This document shows, in pieces, positions 1-12,642 of a stretch of DNA of 56,096 bases. The position numbers were made by a program, and so were the translations under genes. The stretch comes from Octopus bimaculoides (taxonomy: Eukaryota): contig NC_068988.1 in NCBI RefSeq assembly GCF_001194135.2, forward strand, positions 81,799,836 through 81,855,931, given 5' to 3'. The notes beneath the pieces were generated by a model. That model saw only the letters and a program-made list of their open reading frames with translations, did no database searches and had not been told where the DNA came from. How positions within the stretch are numbered: position 1 is the stretch's first letter; the number at the start of each line of letters is the position of its first letter.

Positions 1-29
1 ACACACACACAAGCATTTATCATATCAGC

Positions 30-1135
30 AAAAAGCAATGCAAGCTAGAGGATAACAACAGAGTAACCCCTTCTGGACCTTCAACAGATGCATTACATCC
101 CAAGGATAGACCTTCACTATCTGATAAACAAGAGAGATAGAGATCACTAAATCTCTACACTGAGCTGGTAAATATTGGTTATGTTACACCAGTGTGGAAG
201 AAATCATGCAATTCATCATCAGCCACTCTAAAATATCTACACTCAATAGATAATATAGTTGCAAAAATTATTTACGATGCTATCTGCAGCAAGAATTGCC
301 TTAATGGAGACATTGAAGGCTTGTCACGACCAGAATGTGTTTGCATTTTTAAAAGCAAAGAATACTGTGTACTTTTTGTTTATCTCACCCCCATTAAAAA
401 ATTGGGTTATCTCCCCAACTAAAAAAATTGTTTATCCTTCAATAAAACACAAGAAAATAAATGAAAAATTAATAAACATGAAAAGTGAAAAGATTAAACA
501 TCTTATTGAATCTGATAACATTTTTATAAGAAATCATGCCATGCCTATTGAGGAAGCCAAAAGTCAACAATGTGTTGAAGTACTGAATCAAAAGGATCTA
601 ACCCTTTTAATCCAATCACTTGTCACCACATAAAATCAAATTTTTAGTGGGGAGATAACCCAATTTTTTAATGGCAATTTTAATGGGGGCAAGATAACCA
701 AAAAGTACCGAATACTGGTGGTACATTCCAATATAAATAGCAATCCATTACCAACATAACAGACCTGATACTGTTCTGTGGAATAGGAAGCAAAGGTCAT
801 GCACCATTGAAGAAGTCAGCTGCATAGTGGATGTGAAAGTACCATCAACATTTCAGGAAAAAGAGAACATTTTTTGTAAACTAATACAGAGCTAACAGCT
901 CTTGTATTCTGTTTATAAATTTCCGTTTGTGTCTCTAATCATAGGTGCATTAGTTAATAACTATGGATTTACACAAAAATCTAGAAATGTTAGGGTTTTT
1001 TAACAAGGAGCAAAAAGAAAAAAAGAAGAAAAAACAAATAAAACTATTGTGCATCCTCAAATTCAACCTATTAAGCAGCACAGTGAAAAGTTTTAAGACA
1101 TTCCAAAGATTTTTCATCTGAAATTCTTTACTTGA
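30..1135 (+). mobile_element. R4/Dong-type (RLE) non-LTR retrotransposon, decayed 3' fragment, interrupted by a Merlin element at 368-709
   Basis: Removing 368-717 joins DNIVAKIIYDAICSKNC..KSKEY to WWYIPI..HNRPDTVLWNRK..EEVSC..EKE..IIGAL, the RLE (PD..E/D) region. Homologous to the copies at 42948 and 48225. Many stops and frameshifts. Confidence 0.8.
368..709 (-). mobile_element. Merlin-family non-autonomous DNA transposon (342 bp)
   Basis: Imperfect TIRs at 368-430 and 637-709. Exact 8-bp TSD GAATACTG at 360-367 and 710-717. Minus strand 637-545 reads DFMW*QVIGLKGLDPFDSVLQHIVDFWLPQ*, resembling the Merlin transposase C-terminal EFMWR region. Confidence 0.8.
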
Positions 1136-1193
1136 ATATATGCACACACTTGCTTGTGTCTATCTACAGTGACATATATGTAAAAAGTAAAGG

Positions 1194-1227
<34 letters not shown>

Positions 1228-1289
1228 AGTACTAAAGTGACATGTTCACACAGAACATAAATGAAGGTGCATACATTTATACATATGCA

Positions 1290-1800
1290 CACACTAATTC
1301 AACTACATATTTACAAATATATAGAAAATACAAAAATGGGACAAGAATGAAAAATATCCAGACAGTTAGGTGATACAAAAAAGAAACAACAAAACATCCA
1401 GACAGACAATACAAAGAAAACAAGGTTGGATCATTCGGAGTTTTCTTTCCTCAGTCGAGTTCCAGATTATCTTTGCAATTTCAGCTGGTTATACTCGAGA
1501 TTGCTCCAATCTGGCCAACCCCAAGGAAAAACTAAGCTAAGAGCACTATATTCCAGCGAATGTATATGAAAACAAGGACGAAAAAAACGGACAAATGGTA
1601 CACAAATGCAAATAACAAGACATTAACAATGGGTGTCTTTCGACTAAGGATGAATTGAATTAAGCTGGTGTGTGTGGAAGTAAAGCCTTGTGGCAGGGAC
1701 TTAAGATTTGACAGGCACAGGAAAGAATATAAATGTTGCACAGATGGTAGTCAAACCAAGAAAGAAAGGTCATGCCTGGCTGAACACCGGTCACGTGGGG
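1290..1800. repeat. Probable interspersed repeat, family unassigned
   Basis: Resembles an abundant cephalopod repeat from memory only. No second copy in this window. Confidence 0.25.
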
Positions 1801-2706
1801 AGAGAAGAGAGAGAGAGAGATAGAGGCAGAGGGATAGAAAAATTAAGGAGGGGCGAGAAAAAAAATGAAAGGAACAGAATGAAGTGAAAGAGGAAGGAAG
1901 GTAAGTATGAAGAGAAGGCCAGGAAATGTGAGAGTGGGAATGAAGGAAGTAAGTGTGAAGGGGCTTATAGGCTGAAGAAAAGAATGAAACAATAGAAAGA
2001 ATTATAGAGTTGTACAAAATTTAACCCTGAGAACAATCTCAGTTCAGAAAGACTTGTCACTTTGTTAGGTACTGGCTTCAAACCTCATGTAGAAGGATTT
2101 AAACATATCTCAAAGAAAACTTATATAGCTCACAGGTGTGGTAGATCTGGTGGTATCAGCAGTCAGATTGTTGTTGTGGTTGATGTCAGCTGTTTTATAT
2201 TACCAAAACCCCATGTGGTGAAAGTAGTTTTTACAATTTGGTATGGATGTCACTAAACTGCTTAGTATGACATGCTAACAGGAGAGAGAAAATCAGTTAC
2301 TGATGTCAGTTAGTTATATAATTCAGAGGAAAATTTAAAAACACCATGTAAAATGGTCTACAAACCTTCACATTGGCAGTTACAGTAGAACGAATATCTT
2401 ATGTATCAATAGTAAACTCAAGAAGTACTCATGGTACTTACTCCCTAATGATTTCCTAGGAGACCCCAGAATTGCTGGACAAGTATTGCTCTATAGAGAC
2501 CAAAGGCACTCTCTACATATAAAGGTGATGTATGGATATATTTCCCATAAACTTGAAGATGAAGTTTAGATTCTCTCAGACTGTTACATCACATTTCAAA
2601 AGTCTTGTTTTTGCACTCGAACAGACTAAAGACTAAAAGAAAAAAACTGAAGCCATTAAACTACTAAGATGCAACTGAATGTGTGTGTGCATGTGCATGT
2701 GTATGT

Positions 2707-2738
<32 letters not shown>

Positions 2739-3289
2739 ACAAACATACATATACACACACAGTAGTATAGTAGTACAGATAAAGAACTCTTACTATATAT
2801 ATACCTGCAATATACTACTATATACATACAGTATGGTATTATGTACATTCAGTACTATCCTAGACTATACTGTATGGTACTACAGTAATTCCTTGACTAT
2901 CGTGGGTATTACATTCCAACCCCAACCCCACCTGAAAATGTGCAAAGTAGAAACAGTATTGTATATTTTTAAAATTATTTTTATAATTTGTATATGCTTA
3001 TTTTATTATAAATGCAAACTAATATGACATAGTAATCAACGTAAGCTTAGATAATAAACCATGATAGGTGAACCACAATAGATGAACCGTGATATGGCGA
3101 GGGATTACTTTATATACATACATACAATGTCGGGCTGTACACATACAATACAATATACATACAGTAGCATACTGTATACATACAATACAGTACTAAATAC
3201 TATAGTGTACAGTAAACATACAGCACACTACAACATTATACTTACTGCTGCCACCACTGCTATCACCACTACATACATATCTTTAAATT

Positions 3290-3530
3290 TTGGTTGAATG
3301 AAACTTTGTGAGATCTTTTCCTTGCTACTTTTTTAATTAGTTTCATTAACGCTAATGATCTTTCTTCTCATTATAATTATAATTTTAATTGATTCAAAAT
3401 TCACCTTCAGTATGGTGGTCATTGCCCAATTATATATTCTTCATGCAGAAGGTATCCTTGGTAAACTTTCCTCTCCCATTACTGTATACAAGTTTGTTAA
3501 ATACGGGAATTTAATAATAAACTGCATAAA
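3290..3530 (-). mobile_element. Highly decayed RTE-like LINE fragment
   Basis: Minus strand gives ..PVFNKLVYSNGRGKFTKD.., similar to the post-RT F.YLGS.I..DG region. Multiple stops. Confidence 0.3.
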
Positions 3531-4642
3531 TAAAGAAATGGACCATGTTCATATAATGTCAGAAATGGTTAAAGTCAGACAGGGCTGGAAGATGGTAGTA
3601 GCTCCATTGAGATACAATGGCGATACAATATTGAATGTCTATGAAAGAATGGTGAGTGAGGTGATTGATTGTTAGGGCTAAACAAGTTGAAGTCACAGAA
3701 TAACTTGTGTGCTGTGAGGTTTGACTGCATCAATCAAGCTAGACAGCTGGAGATCAACAGGAAGTGCATTGCAGTATCTTGATGCTTCGAAGTAGCTTCA
3801 GAAGCATATATCTGTTGTATGAAAATGATATTATGTTCACTGAAAACAGTTGATAACATTAATATTAAGGAGTTTAGAAAAGGAGAAATTCTATTCACCA
3901 ACAGAATGTTAAATGTTATCCCCGGATCAATATTGATGGTGAAGTTTTGTATGGTTATCCTTGACACTCACAGAGTAATGAATATAAGATAAGTTACAAC
4001 AACCAGGCTATGATTTATTGATGCAGGACCTACTGAGGCTAACAAACAGAGAATTACACAATTACTCAGTTTGTAGGTAAACGAGGTATGAATATGGATC
4101 TAATGTGATAAATGTTTATGAGATGTCTGAGATGGAGATAGCCATTGCAGTAAATCTGTTTAATATGACCATCAAGTTTCAAAAGTCAGCTGAAAATGGA
4201 CAGTAACTTACTTTACAAGCAACCATGTTACTTTATGATGTGTTACTAATGTGAGGATAATGTCGGGCTGTTCAAAATCATAACAACAGTGAGAATTTCA
4301 GGTGTGTAAGTTTTGTTAAATAATGAATAAAACAATAGATAGCATGAAATGATTTTATACAGCTTTATATAGCCTAAAGTTAAAGGTTACAAAATTAAAG
4401 AAATCTTGTGTAGCAAGATATAAGCAATATGACTATTAATTAGAGTATTTTATGGGAATGATCCTAGTTGCTTTGGTGCAAAGGTTAGCATGGTCACCTG
4501 GACTACAACAAAAAAGTGGTTGGAAATTGGAAACCCAAGAGCAATTCTGTGTACATTTTTCTATCTTGGATTTGTGTTTATAAAGATTCTAATTCAATTT
4601 TAAAATTATTATCAAAGGGTTTTTATAAATATAAGTAAAAAA

Positions 4643-4810
4643 GGTGTTGACATGGCTATGGTTAAGAAGTTTGCTTCCCAACTGCATGGTTTTAGGTTCA
4701 GTCTCATCTTGTGGTACCTTAGATAAGAATTTTTTACTTGTAACCCGAAGACAGCCATAGCCTTGTGATGGGTTTCATTGACAGTAACATTGAAACTGAA
4801 AGAAGCTTCT
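4643..4810 (+). mobile_element. tRNA-type SINE family A, 5' half
   Basis: Aligns with 4829-4990 (catggct..taagaag.ttgcttcccaac..ggttcag..gccttgtga..aaactgaaagaagc). Confidence 0.75.
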
Positions 4811-4828
4811 TTATATATATATATATAT

Positions 4829-4989
4829 GTGCAGGTATGGCTGTGTGGTAAGAAGCTTGCTTCCAAACCACTTGGTTCCTGGTTCAACCCCACTGTGTGG
4901 TCCCTTGGGCAAGTGTTTTCTACAAAAGCTTCAGACTGATCAAAGCCTTGTGAGTGGATATGGTAGACAGAAACTGAAAAAAGCCTGTC

Positions 4990-5023
<34 letters not shown>

Positions 5024-5233
5024 CTTTCTGTGTTTGTCCCCCACCACCACTTGACAACTGGTGCTGGTGAGTTTGCATCCCTGTAACTTAGTGGTTCAGC
5101 AAAAGAACCGACAAAATAAAGTACCAGGCTTAAAAAAAGAGTACTGGGGATGATTCATTTGACTAAAACCTTTCGAGGCAGAGCCCCAGCATGGCCATAG
5201 TTTAATGACTGAAACTAGTAAAAGATAAAAGAT
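4829..5233 (+). mobile_element. tRNA-type SINE family A, full length
   Basis: A-box-like TGGCTGTGTGG, B-box-like GGTTCAACCC, central (TG)n, and 3' tail ccccagcatggcc..tgactgaaactagtaaaaga. The tail is shared with 17704, 44094, 44441 and 51770. Confidence 0.85.
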
Positions 5234-5603
<370 letters not shown>

Positions 5604-6862
5604 TATCTCTGGCCACTTTGTATAGCTATCCACAATGATTAGATAGTATGCGCTGTTCACTGGTCCAGTGCAGTCAATATGTAACCTGGACCATGGGCTC
5701 TCAGTGGCCATTTGTTTTATTGCCACAAAAGGCACTTTCTCATTAGGCTTGAACACAGTTTTAACATTGTCATCTAATTCAAAACATTTCAGTCTTTGTG
5801 CATAGACCTAGTTTGTCCAAGAGTAATCGCAGAAACATTAAAAAAAATTTTCTTTTTAATTCTTCAGATCAATTATTTTTAGAGGTATGACCATTTATGT
5901 TTTTACAGTAAAGATTTATGGGTAGGTCCCATAATTTGAATACTTCTGACCAATCAGTATCAAGCAGATCAGTTGCATTTTTAACGCCGAAGACTTTCAC
6001 CTTGCATGTTTTCCCTCAAAATGTGACAATAGTCCACATTTCGCCTATGAAATGTAACTTGTTACCTGTCACGCTATGAGCAGATTTCGTTCTTTTTCTC
6101 AACATAGGTTTTCCTATTTTCTTCCATGTGTCCATGTTTATTATTGAAATATCACTTCCAGTATCCAATTGGAGTTTAATATGCATTCCATTTATTTTTA
6201 CGTCTATAAATTTTCTTATTTGAGAGTCAATTTTTGTTTCTGCTGAGAGCACTCTAGGATTTTTAACGTTTGACCTTTATAATTTTGTTCTGCAGTGTGA
6301 ACTCTTTAGATCAATTCTTTTGCAACTGTAGCCTTTTTGATTTCTAAAGGGACAGTCTTTTCTGAAATGTGTATTTCCCCACATCCATAACATGGAATAG
6401 GACGTGGTGTTCTTTTTGGGTTGTACTTTTTTGGTCATCATATCTGTATTTTTGAGGAAACCTTTTCTTGAATTTTTTCCTACAACGTGTTTCAGGTTTA
6501 CCATCCTTTAGCATTCTTCTGTCATGGACTGTAAGGTTAGATCTTGGCTCATTTGCCACGGACTGTAGGGTTAGATCTTTGGTTCACTTGCCCAAACTTC
6601 TGTATCTTCGCTTGCTGTGAGGCAAGCAAAAATACAGACACTTGAAAATAAGACACTTGAACATCTCAGGTGTAAGTTCTTTGAGTATAAAACTTTCACA
6701 CATCCTGTTGACTGTTCCTGTGTATGAGACAAAAATCATCATTCTCTTCTTTCTTTATATTCAAACACTCAACTCAAACACTGCAACTCCTGTTGCTGCT
6801 CTTGTTGTTGCTTTTACAACTGTACTATGGAAGCTAATAGGTCTTCCATTATCTAACAATGC

Positions 6863-7286
6863 AGGACATGAAACTTGGCTTGTGAAGACCTGTTGGGGCA
6901 AGCAAAAGTGAAATCGTGACGGCACCAGTGCTCAGTGTCGCCTTCCTGGCACTCGTGCCGGTGGTATGTGTAAAGACATTCAAGCGAGATCGTTGCCAGT
7001 GCCGCTGGACTGGCTCCTGTACAGGTAGCACGTAAAATACACCATTTTCAGTGTGGTCGTTGCCAGTACCACCTGACTGGCCTTTGTGCCGGTGGCACAT
7101 AAAAGCACCCACTACACTCTCGGAGTGGTTGGCGTTAGGAAAGGCATCCAGCTGTGGAAACTCTGCCAGATCAGATTGGAGCCTGGTGTAGCCATCTGGT
7201 TCACCAGTCCCCACTCAAATCGTTCAACCCATGCTAGCATGGAAAGCGGACGTTAAACGATGAGAATGATGATGATGATGATGATG
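6863..7286 (+). mobile_element. RTE LINE 3' UTR fragment inserted between the Gypsy PBS and gag
   Basis: Collinear with 26860-27527. Contains repeated gtggcacgtaaaa/gttgccagt subunits and ends in gttaaacgatga(gat)n. Confidence 0.8.
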
Positions 7287-7327
7287 TATTATGAACAAAT
7301 TGTTAAATAACCTATGTGAGCTTTGAA

Positions 7328-7340
7328 ACCCTCGTCACCA
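7328..7340 (-). promoter_or_regulatory. Primer-binding site, tRNA-Ser(GCU) type
   Basis: Plus strand ACCCTCGTCACCA matches the metazoan tRNA-Ser(GCU) 3' end ACCCTCGTCGCCA (recalled) at 12/13. Confidence 0.7.
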
Positions 7341-7342
7341 AA

Positions 7343-7600
7343 TGTTGTAACATAATTGTTATATACAATAAATAAGATGACCAGACAACAGTAAAAACAA
7401 TGTAACGAACAAACAAATCTCTTTACAAACAAACAATTAATATTCCTTGTGAACTAACCAACTGACACCTTCTAACTTCACTGCAAAACTACATGAACTT
7501 CATTCAACTCCGAACTCTGAACCCTTAACTCGCATTGTCACTATTTATATTTGGACCAGTCTATCTCTCACAAAGAGGCATCGTAACTCTCATCACAACA
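7343..7600 (-). repeat. 5' LTR (258 bp) of the Gypsy element
   Basis: Termini TGTTGT...ACAACA, followed on the minus strand by TT and then the PBS. Confidence 0.8.
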
Positions 7601-7896
7601 AGTTTAAAAAAGATTTATACAAGAATCTTATGATTTCTGTTTTTGAGTTGCTTAGTTTAAGGAAATATAATCACAATGTGACATTTTGGCAGTTTGTCAC
7701 TTTGCACATCACACTAAAACGGCTATAAAAAGAAACAAAACTATATGATTGTCTACATAAATAGCAGACTAGGAACTAAATTCCAATGAATTTGCACTTG
7801 GCAAAAATATATACCAAATAACACAGGTACCAATCTGAACTTTGTAGCATACCACTAATGAAGAATTACCATAAAGCATCACCTATACTGCTTTAA

Positions 7897-8115
7897 CCCT
7901 TTAGTATTTAAACCGGCCATATCTGGCTCAAATATTTGACCTGTTTTATGTTCAAACCAGCCATATATGACCTCTCACACCTGCTCTGTAGGGTCATTCT
8001 AAAAATAAACAATCACATCATTGAAGTCTAAAAGCTATGAGATAATGCATGATTACTTCAAAACAATGTGAATAAAAAGCATTACATTTGACAAAGTAAT
8101 CCACATGTCAAAGGA
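7897..8115. mobile_element. piggyBac-type MITE (219 bp)
   Basis: TTAA at 7893-7896 and 8116-8119 flank the termini CCCTTT...AAAGGA (one mismatch). Confidence 0.6.
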
Positions 8116-9388
8116 TTAAAGTTTTAGAGTAGTGATTTGTCATATATTCTTCATTGACTGTTCACAATGTTAAGTAGGTTGCATGTAAAGCCAATGACCA
8201 CACAAACATTTAATTGAGTTTCCACATATTTTATTAATCTGCATTGTTATACTTAGAAGTACATACCTAATGAATTAATGGAACAACATTCACTGACCAT
8301 AGCAGTGAGGAATCTTCTGGAAGACAATTTGTGAGATGATATTATGTAAGTAGTGCTAGGATTTTAAATCACTGCATATAATTAATGTGTGTTACTCAAC
8401 ACTACAAGTTAAGGTTGGTGCTTTTTGTCTAGTACAGCATAAGAAAAGTGAAACAGGAGAAGAGATAACTCAGTGAGACATGTGACATAAATTACCCCAA
8501 AATAGTCCAAGTGGCTCTGGTCTGAGTTTGAATTTGCCAGCTTTTTATCTGTAATCCATCTTTCTAGAATCTTCTGCAGAATTGTCTGCAGGAAAACTAA
8601 CACACTTCCTTTAAAGTCAAACATAAAAAGTCAGCCAATTCTGATTGGTTAAGCCATATTCACGTAGGTATAAATACCTTTTGTGGCAACATTATTCCTT
8701 TTATGGTGATACATAAGGTCTTGATTCTGGACAGGGAAAATCTGAGATCAATGATCCAAAACTCAGCAGGGGGCCTTGTTACAAGGTGAATTTTCTTTGA
8801 GTGTTTCGTCAAATCATTCCAAACAGGTACCATAAATACTAATATAGGTTTCAAGAATATCAAAAACCAGTAACAAAATCAATAAAACAATTACTTTTGT
8901 TTTAAATAGAAAAACATTTAGTCATTCATGAATGGTTGTTTCACTAGTAGCATAATTTATTTAACTGTCTTCTTTATCAACATCCACATCATTGACAGTT
9001 GTGTTTAACTTCATTAAAATTGTATACTTAACCAAATTAATTATGAAAAACAAATTAGAAATAGATCTGTTTTTCAAAAAGTATAATGAGCAAAACAATT
9101 TTGTTTTTCTTTTTCTAAAAGTGTTTACACTTGAGGTTGTTTTGCAAAAGTGATCCAAGTGTTCAGGCTTCAGTACTGCACTAGATAAATATATAAGTAC
9201 ATTGTGAAATACATAAGTTATATAGGTACTATATATGGTACTTAAACACATTACCGTATATGAGACATTACCTACCTAGATATGTACCTTGTGAAATAAA
9301 TACATAGGCACAGTATCACAAAATACAGTATATAAATGTAAACATTTCTAAAAGGTCTATATCTCAATACATTGCCTCATTATTGTTT

Positions 9389-9576
9389 TCAAATTCTGGC
9401 ACAAGGCCAGCAATTTCGGGCTAGGGTCAAGTTGATTACATTGACCCCAGTGCTCAAACGGTACTTATTTTATTGACCTCCAAAGGATGAAAAGCAAAGC
9501 TGACCTTGGTGGAATTTGAACTCAAAACCTAAATATTTTACCAAGTGTGCTAACGATTCTGCCAGCTCGCTACCTC
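9389..9576 (-). mobile_element. tRNA-type SINE family B with 21-bp TSD
   Basis: Homologous to 42688-42894. B-box-like GAGTTCAAATTCC on the minus strand. TSD at 9368-9388 and 9577-9597 (2 mismatches). Confidence 0.8.
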
Positions 9577-9739
9577 TACACTGCTTCATTATTGTTTGAC
9601 AGTAAGTAAATATAATTATAATGTAATATATGCAAATATATAGACATTAGATGGAATAGACTTGCACAAACGCCAGGCCTTTTAGACTTTACAATCATAA
9701 TATTTAATAAAATATATTGTAGCTAATTCTGAAGATGAA

Positions 9740-10025
9740 GGGCATTGGTCATGGCTTTTTGAAGGATCTGCAAGACTGGGGTGGGGGAAAGGGAAGGGAA
9801 AGAAACCTGAGACCAGATAGTTTGTAACAGTGGATTTCACAAAAGGTACTCAGTATGGTGATGTTAAAGTCACTGAACTCTCCAAAATAGACAGTCCATC
9901 TAATTAGCCTCTACACAGTTTCCAATGCACTAAGTTAATTGACAACACCAAGATGACCTGAAGCTTGAGTAAAAGATACCTGACCAGGATAATGTAGAGT
10001 GGAATTGAACCTGGAAACATGTAAG
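9740..10025 (-). mobile_element. Degenerate SINE family A remnants
   Basis: ggcattggtca and gtggaattgaacctggaaacatgt resemble the reverse complement of the family A 5' half. Confidence 0.35.
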
Positions 10026-10439
10026 TACAGAGTAAACTTCTTAAATGAGATGATCGTGCCAGCTGCTAAATATTTTTGGTGGTTATCAAAGCTATATCTC
10101 AAAGAGTAAGGGTTTTTTTTTCCACAGCTAAAACATATTTTAGTCCTAGATAGGGTTCTATACAGTGGCAGAGGTCTCCCACATTGAAATGCTGCCTCCA
10201 TATTTAGAAACACTCTATATCACATACAAACTGTAAGAATCCAACATGTTACATGTTACCAACATGTTATAGCCATGAGTCATTAAAATACTGCTCTATA
10301 TCTAAATCAACAAAATAGAAACACCCTACATTGTATTCAAACTATACTCAGCATGTTGCTACATGTCACCAACACATTGGTACATGTTACCAACATCTTA
10401 CAACTCAGAGTGTTGTTATAACTCAGCAACATGTAAGAA

Positions 10440-11760
10440 TATGCACTATAGTATCAGATGCAGACACCCGTTATACACGACTCCAGGAATTGAAATCCAC
10501 ACTCGTAAATAGAAACTATCTACAGCCCTTAATCGAAAATACGATCCAAAGAGTACTTCAATTAAATACACAAGAACTTAGACAACCAAGACCCAAGGAG
10601 GTAGAAAAATTAAAGACCCTGCCTTACATCTCCACACACAACCCACACGACAATGAGGCATTCAACAACATACTCCGCAGCACAGATCTACTCAAGAAGG
10701 ACCCAAAAATGAACCAAATCCTCAAAACACATACAATCATCAAAAGTAAGAGGCAACCAAAATCAATGAAAAAGATTTTAACCCAGCCCAAATTACATTC
10801 AACAATAACCACTAAACCTACAGTAAAAAAATGCGGGAGACCCAACTGTGGGATTTGTGTCAACGTAATAGAAGGATCAGAACATCGATTAGAACAAGGC
10901 CATAATTTCACAGTAAAAACTAATTTTACATGTGCATCGGAGAACTTGATCTACCTAATTACATGCTCTGGATGCAAACGGCAATATATTTGACACACTA
11001 AAAACAGGCTACGTCAGAGGATGGCGTTACACAAATACCAAATTAGGATCCCAGAAAACAGGAAAATACCTCTCAGCCAGCACATCGACAAATGTGCTTA
11101 CAACAAATTCCCCAAATTCACAACGTTTCCTCTATACAAATTCAAAGACNNNNNNNNNNCAAATTCCCCAAATTCACAACGTTTCCTCTATACAAATTCA
11201 AAGACAATGCTAGCCAAAATGAACGCATTAGCAAAGAAATATCTTTCATAAGAAAATACCGACCAAGTCTAAATTCTCTAAGCTAGTAACACTGAGACTT
11301 TTAATATTCTTATACGTAGATTTGCAAGTTATTCATAAGAAATAAACATAGGGGATCGAAGAACCCGATTTCTATTAAAACCATAGGAGGGACAACTTCG
11401 CCACGACGACTACCACCACTACTACTACTGACTGCTGCTAGTTATTCGACAGCTACAACCACTCCCAGAATCCCTCCCTGACCACTATTTAATTTACTAA
11501 AACAGATAGTGATAGTAGTAATCTATTAAAAGAACAAGTTGGAATTACCATGTTCAAGGAAAGGAACCACGTGCGTATGCAAGAAACAACAGTAAACTAT
11601 GAATGTCATTCTTAATTTTAATTTTATTTTATTAATAGCCATTTTCTCCTCTCACATATTTTATATTCATTTTTGATAAGGTTTCTCAAGAAAAACCGAA
11701 ACATGTAAATTAAATAAAACCCCCCAAAAATGTTTTAAAAAGTGGTATTTCCATTTTTAT
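10440..11760 (+). mobile_element. Penelope-like element, 5'-truncated: RT thumb, Cys-rich linker, GIY-YIG endonuclease and 3' pLTR
   Basis: ORF 10331-10993 reads LPYISTHNP..KSKRQPKS..KCGRPNCGIC..FTCASENLIYLITCSGCKRQYI*, continuing to RMALHKYQI..PLSQHI..KEISFIRKYRPSLN. One stop in the GIY-YIG motif. Confidence 0.9.
11669..11710 (+). ncRNA. Candidate minimal type I HHR with U3-A8 core
   Basis: TTGATAA, stem II GGTTT/AAACC, GAAA, palindromic ACATGT, A at the cleavage site. Stem I is weak (2 bp in register). Lies at the PLE 3' end. Confidence 0.55.
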
Positions 11761-11767
11761 TCATTTT

Positions 11768-11799
<32 letters not shown>

Positions 11800-11816
11800 T
11801 TATATATATATATATA

Positions 11817-12642
11817 TCAGGGTGAGTAAACAGTAAGCAACGTTTTGAAACATGAAATTCGTCCTAATATATTTCAACAATGCAGAAATTTTAATCATAA
11901 AAGAAAGTACCATTACAATCAATACATTTTTGCCAACGAGTTGCAAGTTTGTTTATTCTGGTAACATGAAAATCTGGAGTTCGAGAGCTAAGGAACTCTT
12001 TGAATGCACTTTCAGCATCAGTTTGATTTTTGAACTCCTCTCACAAGAAACTATCAAAGTACTTGAAAAAGTGGTAGTCAGTAGGACAAAGGTCTGGGGA
12101 ATACGCTGTGCAGGGAAGAACTTTGTAGCCAAGTTCCCTCAAATTCTGGAGCATCATTAGTGAAACATATGGTTGAGCATTGTCATGAAGAATGATTGGC
12201 CCTCGTCTGTTGACCAGTCTGGAATGGAAGAGTAGCAGATCTTCCTTCATTTTGGCAGTTTCATGGAAATATGTTTCTGCAGTAATGGTTTTTCTGGATT
12301 TTAAGAAGTTAAAGTGAATGAGCCCAGCAGTACACCACCAAACAATCTTCATTTTGAAGAGCTTGGGTTTAAGGAAAGTTTTTTGGTGCTTCATTTTGGT
12401 CCTGCCACGGTGAAGAATGTTTTTTATTATTGTAAAGAATCCACTTTTCACGACAAGTTACAATATGGTTGAGAAATGGATCAGACTGGTTATGGAGAAG
12501 AAGTGATGAGCAAATTTCATATCTGCACATTTTCTGATTTTCATTCAAATCGTGTGGAACCCATTTATTGAGCTTTTTTGATTTTTCCGATTTCAGGCAA
12601 ATGGTTGCAGGCAGTTTTCTGGCTAACTCGAAGTTCTTTCAA
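11817..12642 (-). mobile_element. mariner-type transposon, 3' part, pseudogene
   Basis: ORF 12041-12451 contains VWW..G..H..L..HDNAQP..YSPDLCPTDYHFF. It ends GINKLATRWQKCIDCNGTFF. One terminus lies in (TA)n at 11817. Confidence 0.9.

Larger units (their letters stand above)
5604..7600 (-). mobile_element. Ty3/Gypsy (K02A2.6-like) LTR retrotransposon, internally deleted and 3'-truncated
   Basis: LTR, PBS, gag start MEDLLASIVQL*KQQQ at 6849, zinc-knuckle remnants (HFRKDCPF, C.SCKR..SSHC), protease LDTGSDISII (6016-6252), and integrase PWSRLHID..YYLIIVDSYTKWPE (5604-5715). RT and RNase H are absent. Confidence 0.9.

Noticed and set aside
1448-1454. HHR core CTGAGGA on the minus strand
   Set aside because: A hairpin follows but not GAAA-NUH in a valid order.
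2436-2640. Minus-strand exon with a good acceptor and a GTAAGT donor
   Set aside because: All three frames contain stops. It could be non-coding but is unsupported.
3700-4230. Possible LINE RT remnant on the plus strand
   Set aside because: No diagnostic motif could be read with confidence.
6863-7130. CRISPR-like repeat-spacer pattern
   Set aside because: The units are degenerate RTE 3' UTR modules in eukaryotic DNA, with related spacers and no cas genes.
8719-8790. Plus-strand exon candidate (GLDSGQGKSEINDPKLSRGPCYK or VLILDRENLRSMIQ)
   Set aside because: Weak acceptor, no recognisable domain, and no phase-compatible neighbour.
10231-10438. caacatgt-rich repeats extending the PLE ORF 5' end
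   Set aside because: Short degenerate tandem repeat that happens to lack stops. PLE homology starts near 10440.
11104-11205. About 45-bp tandem duplication inside the PLE endonuclease
   Set aside because: Near-identical copies either side of a 10-N gap, typical of an unmerged contig overlap.
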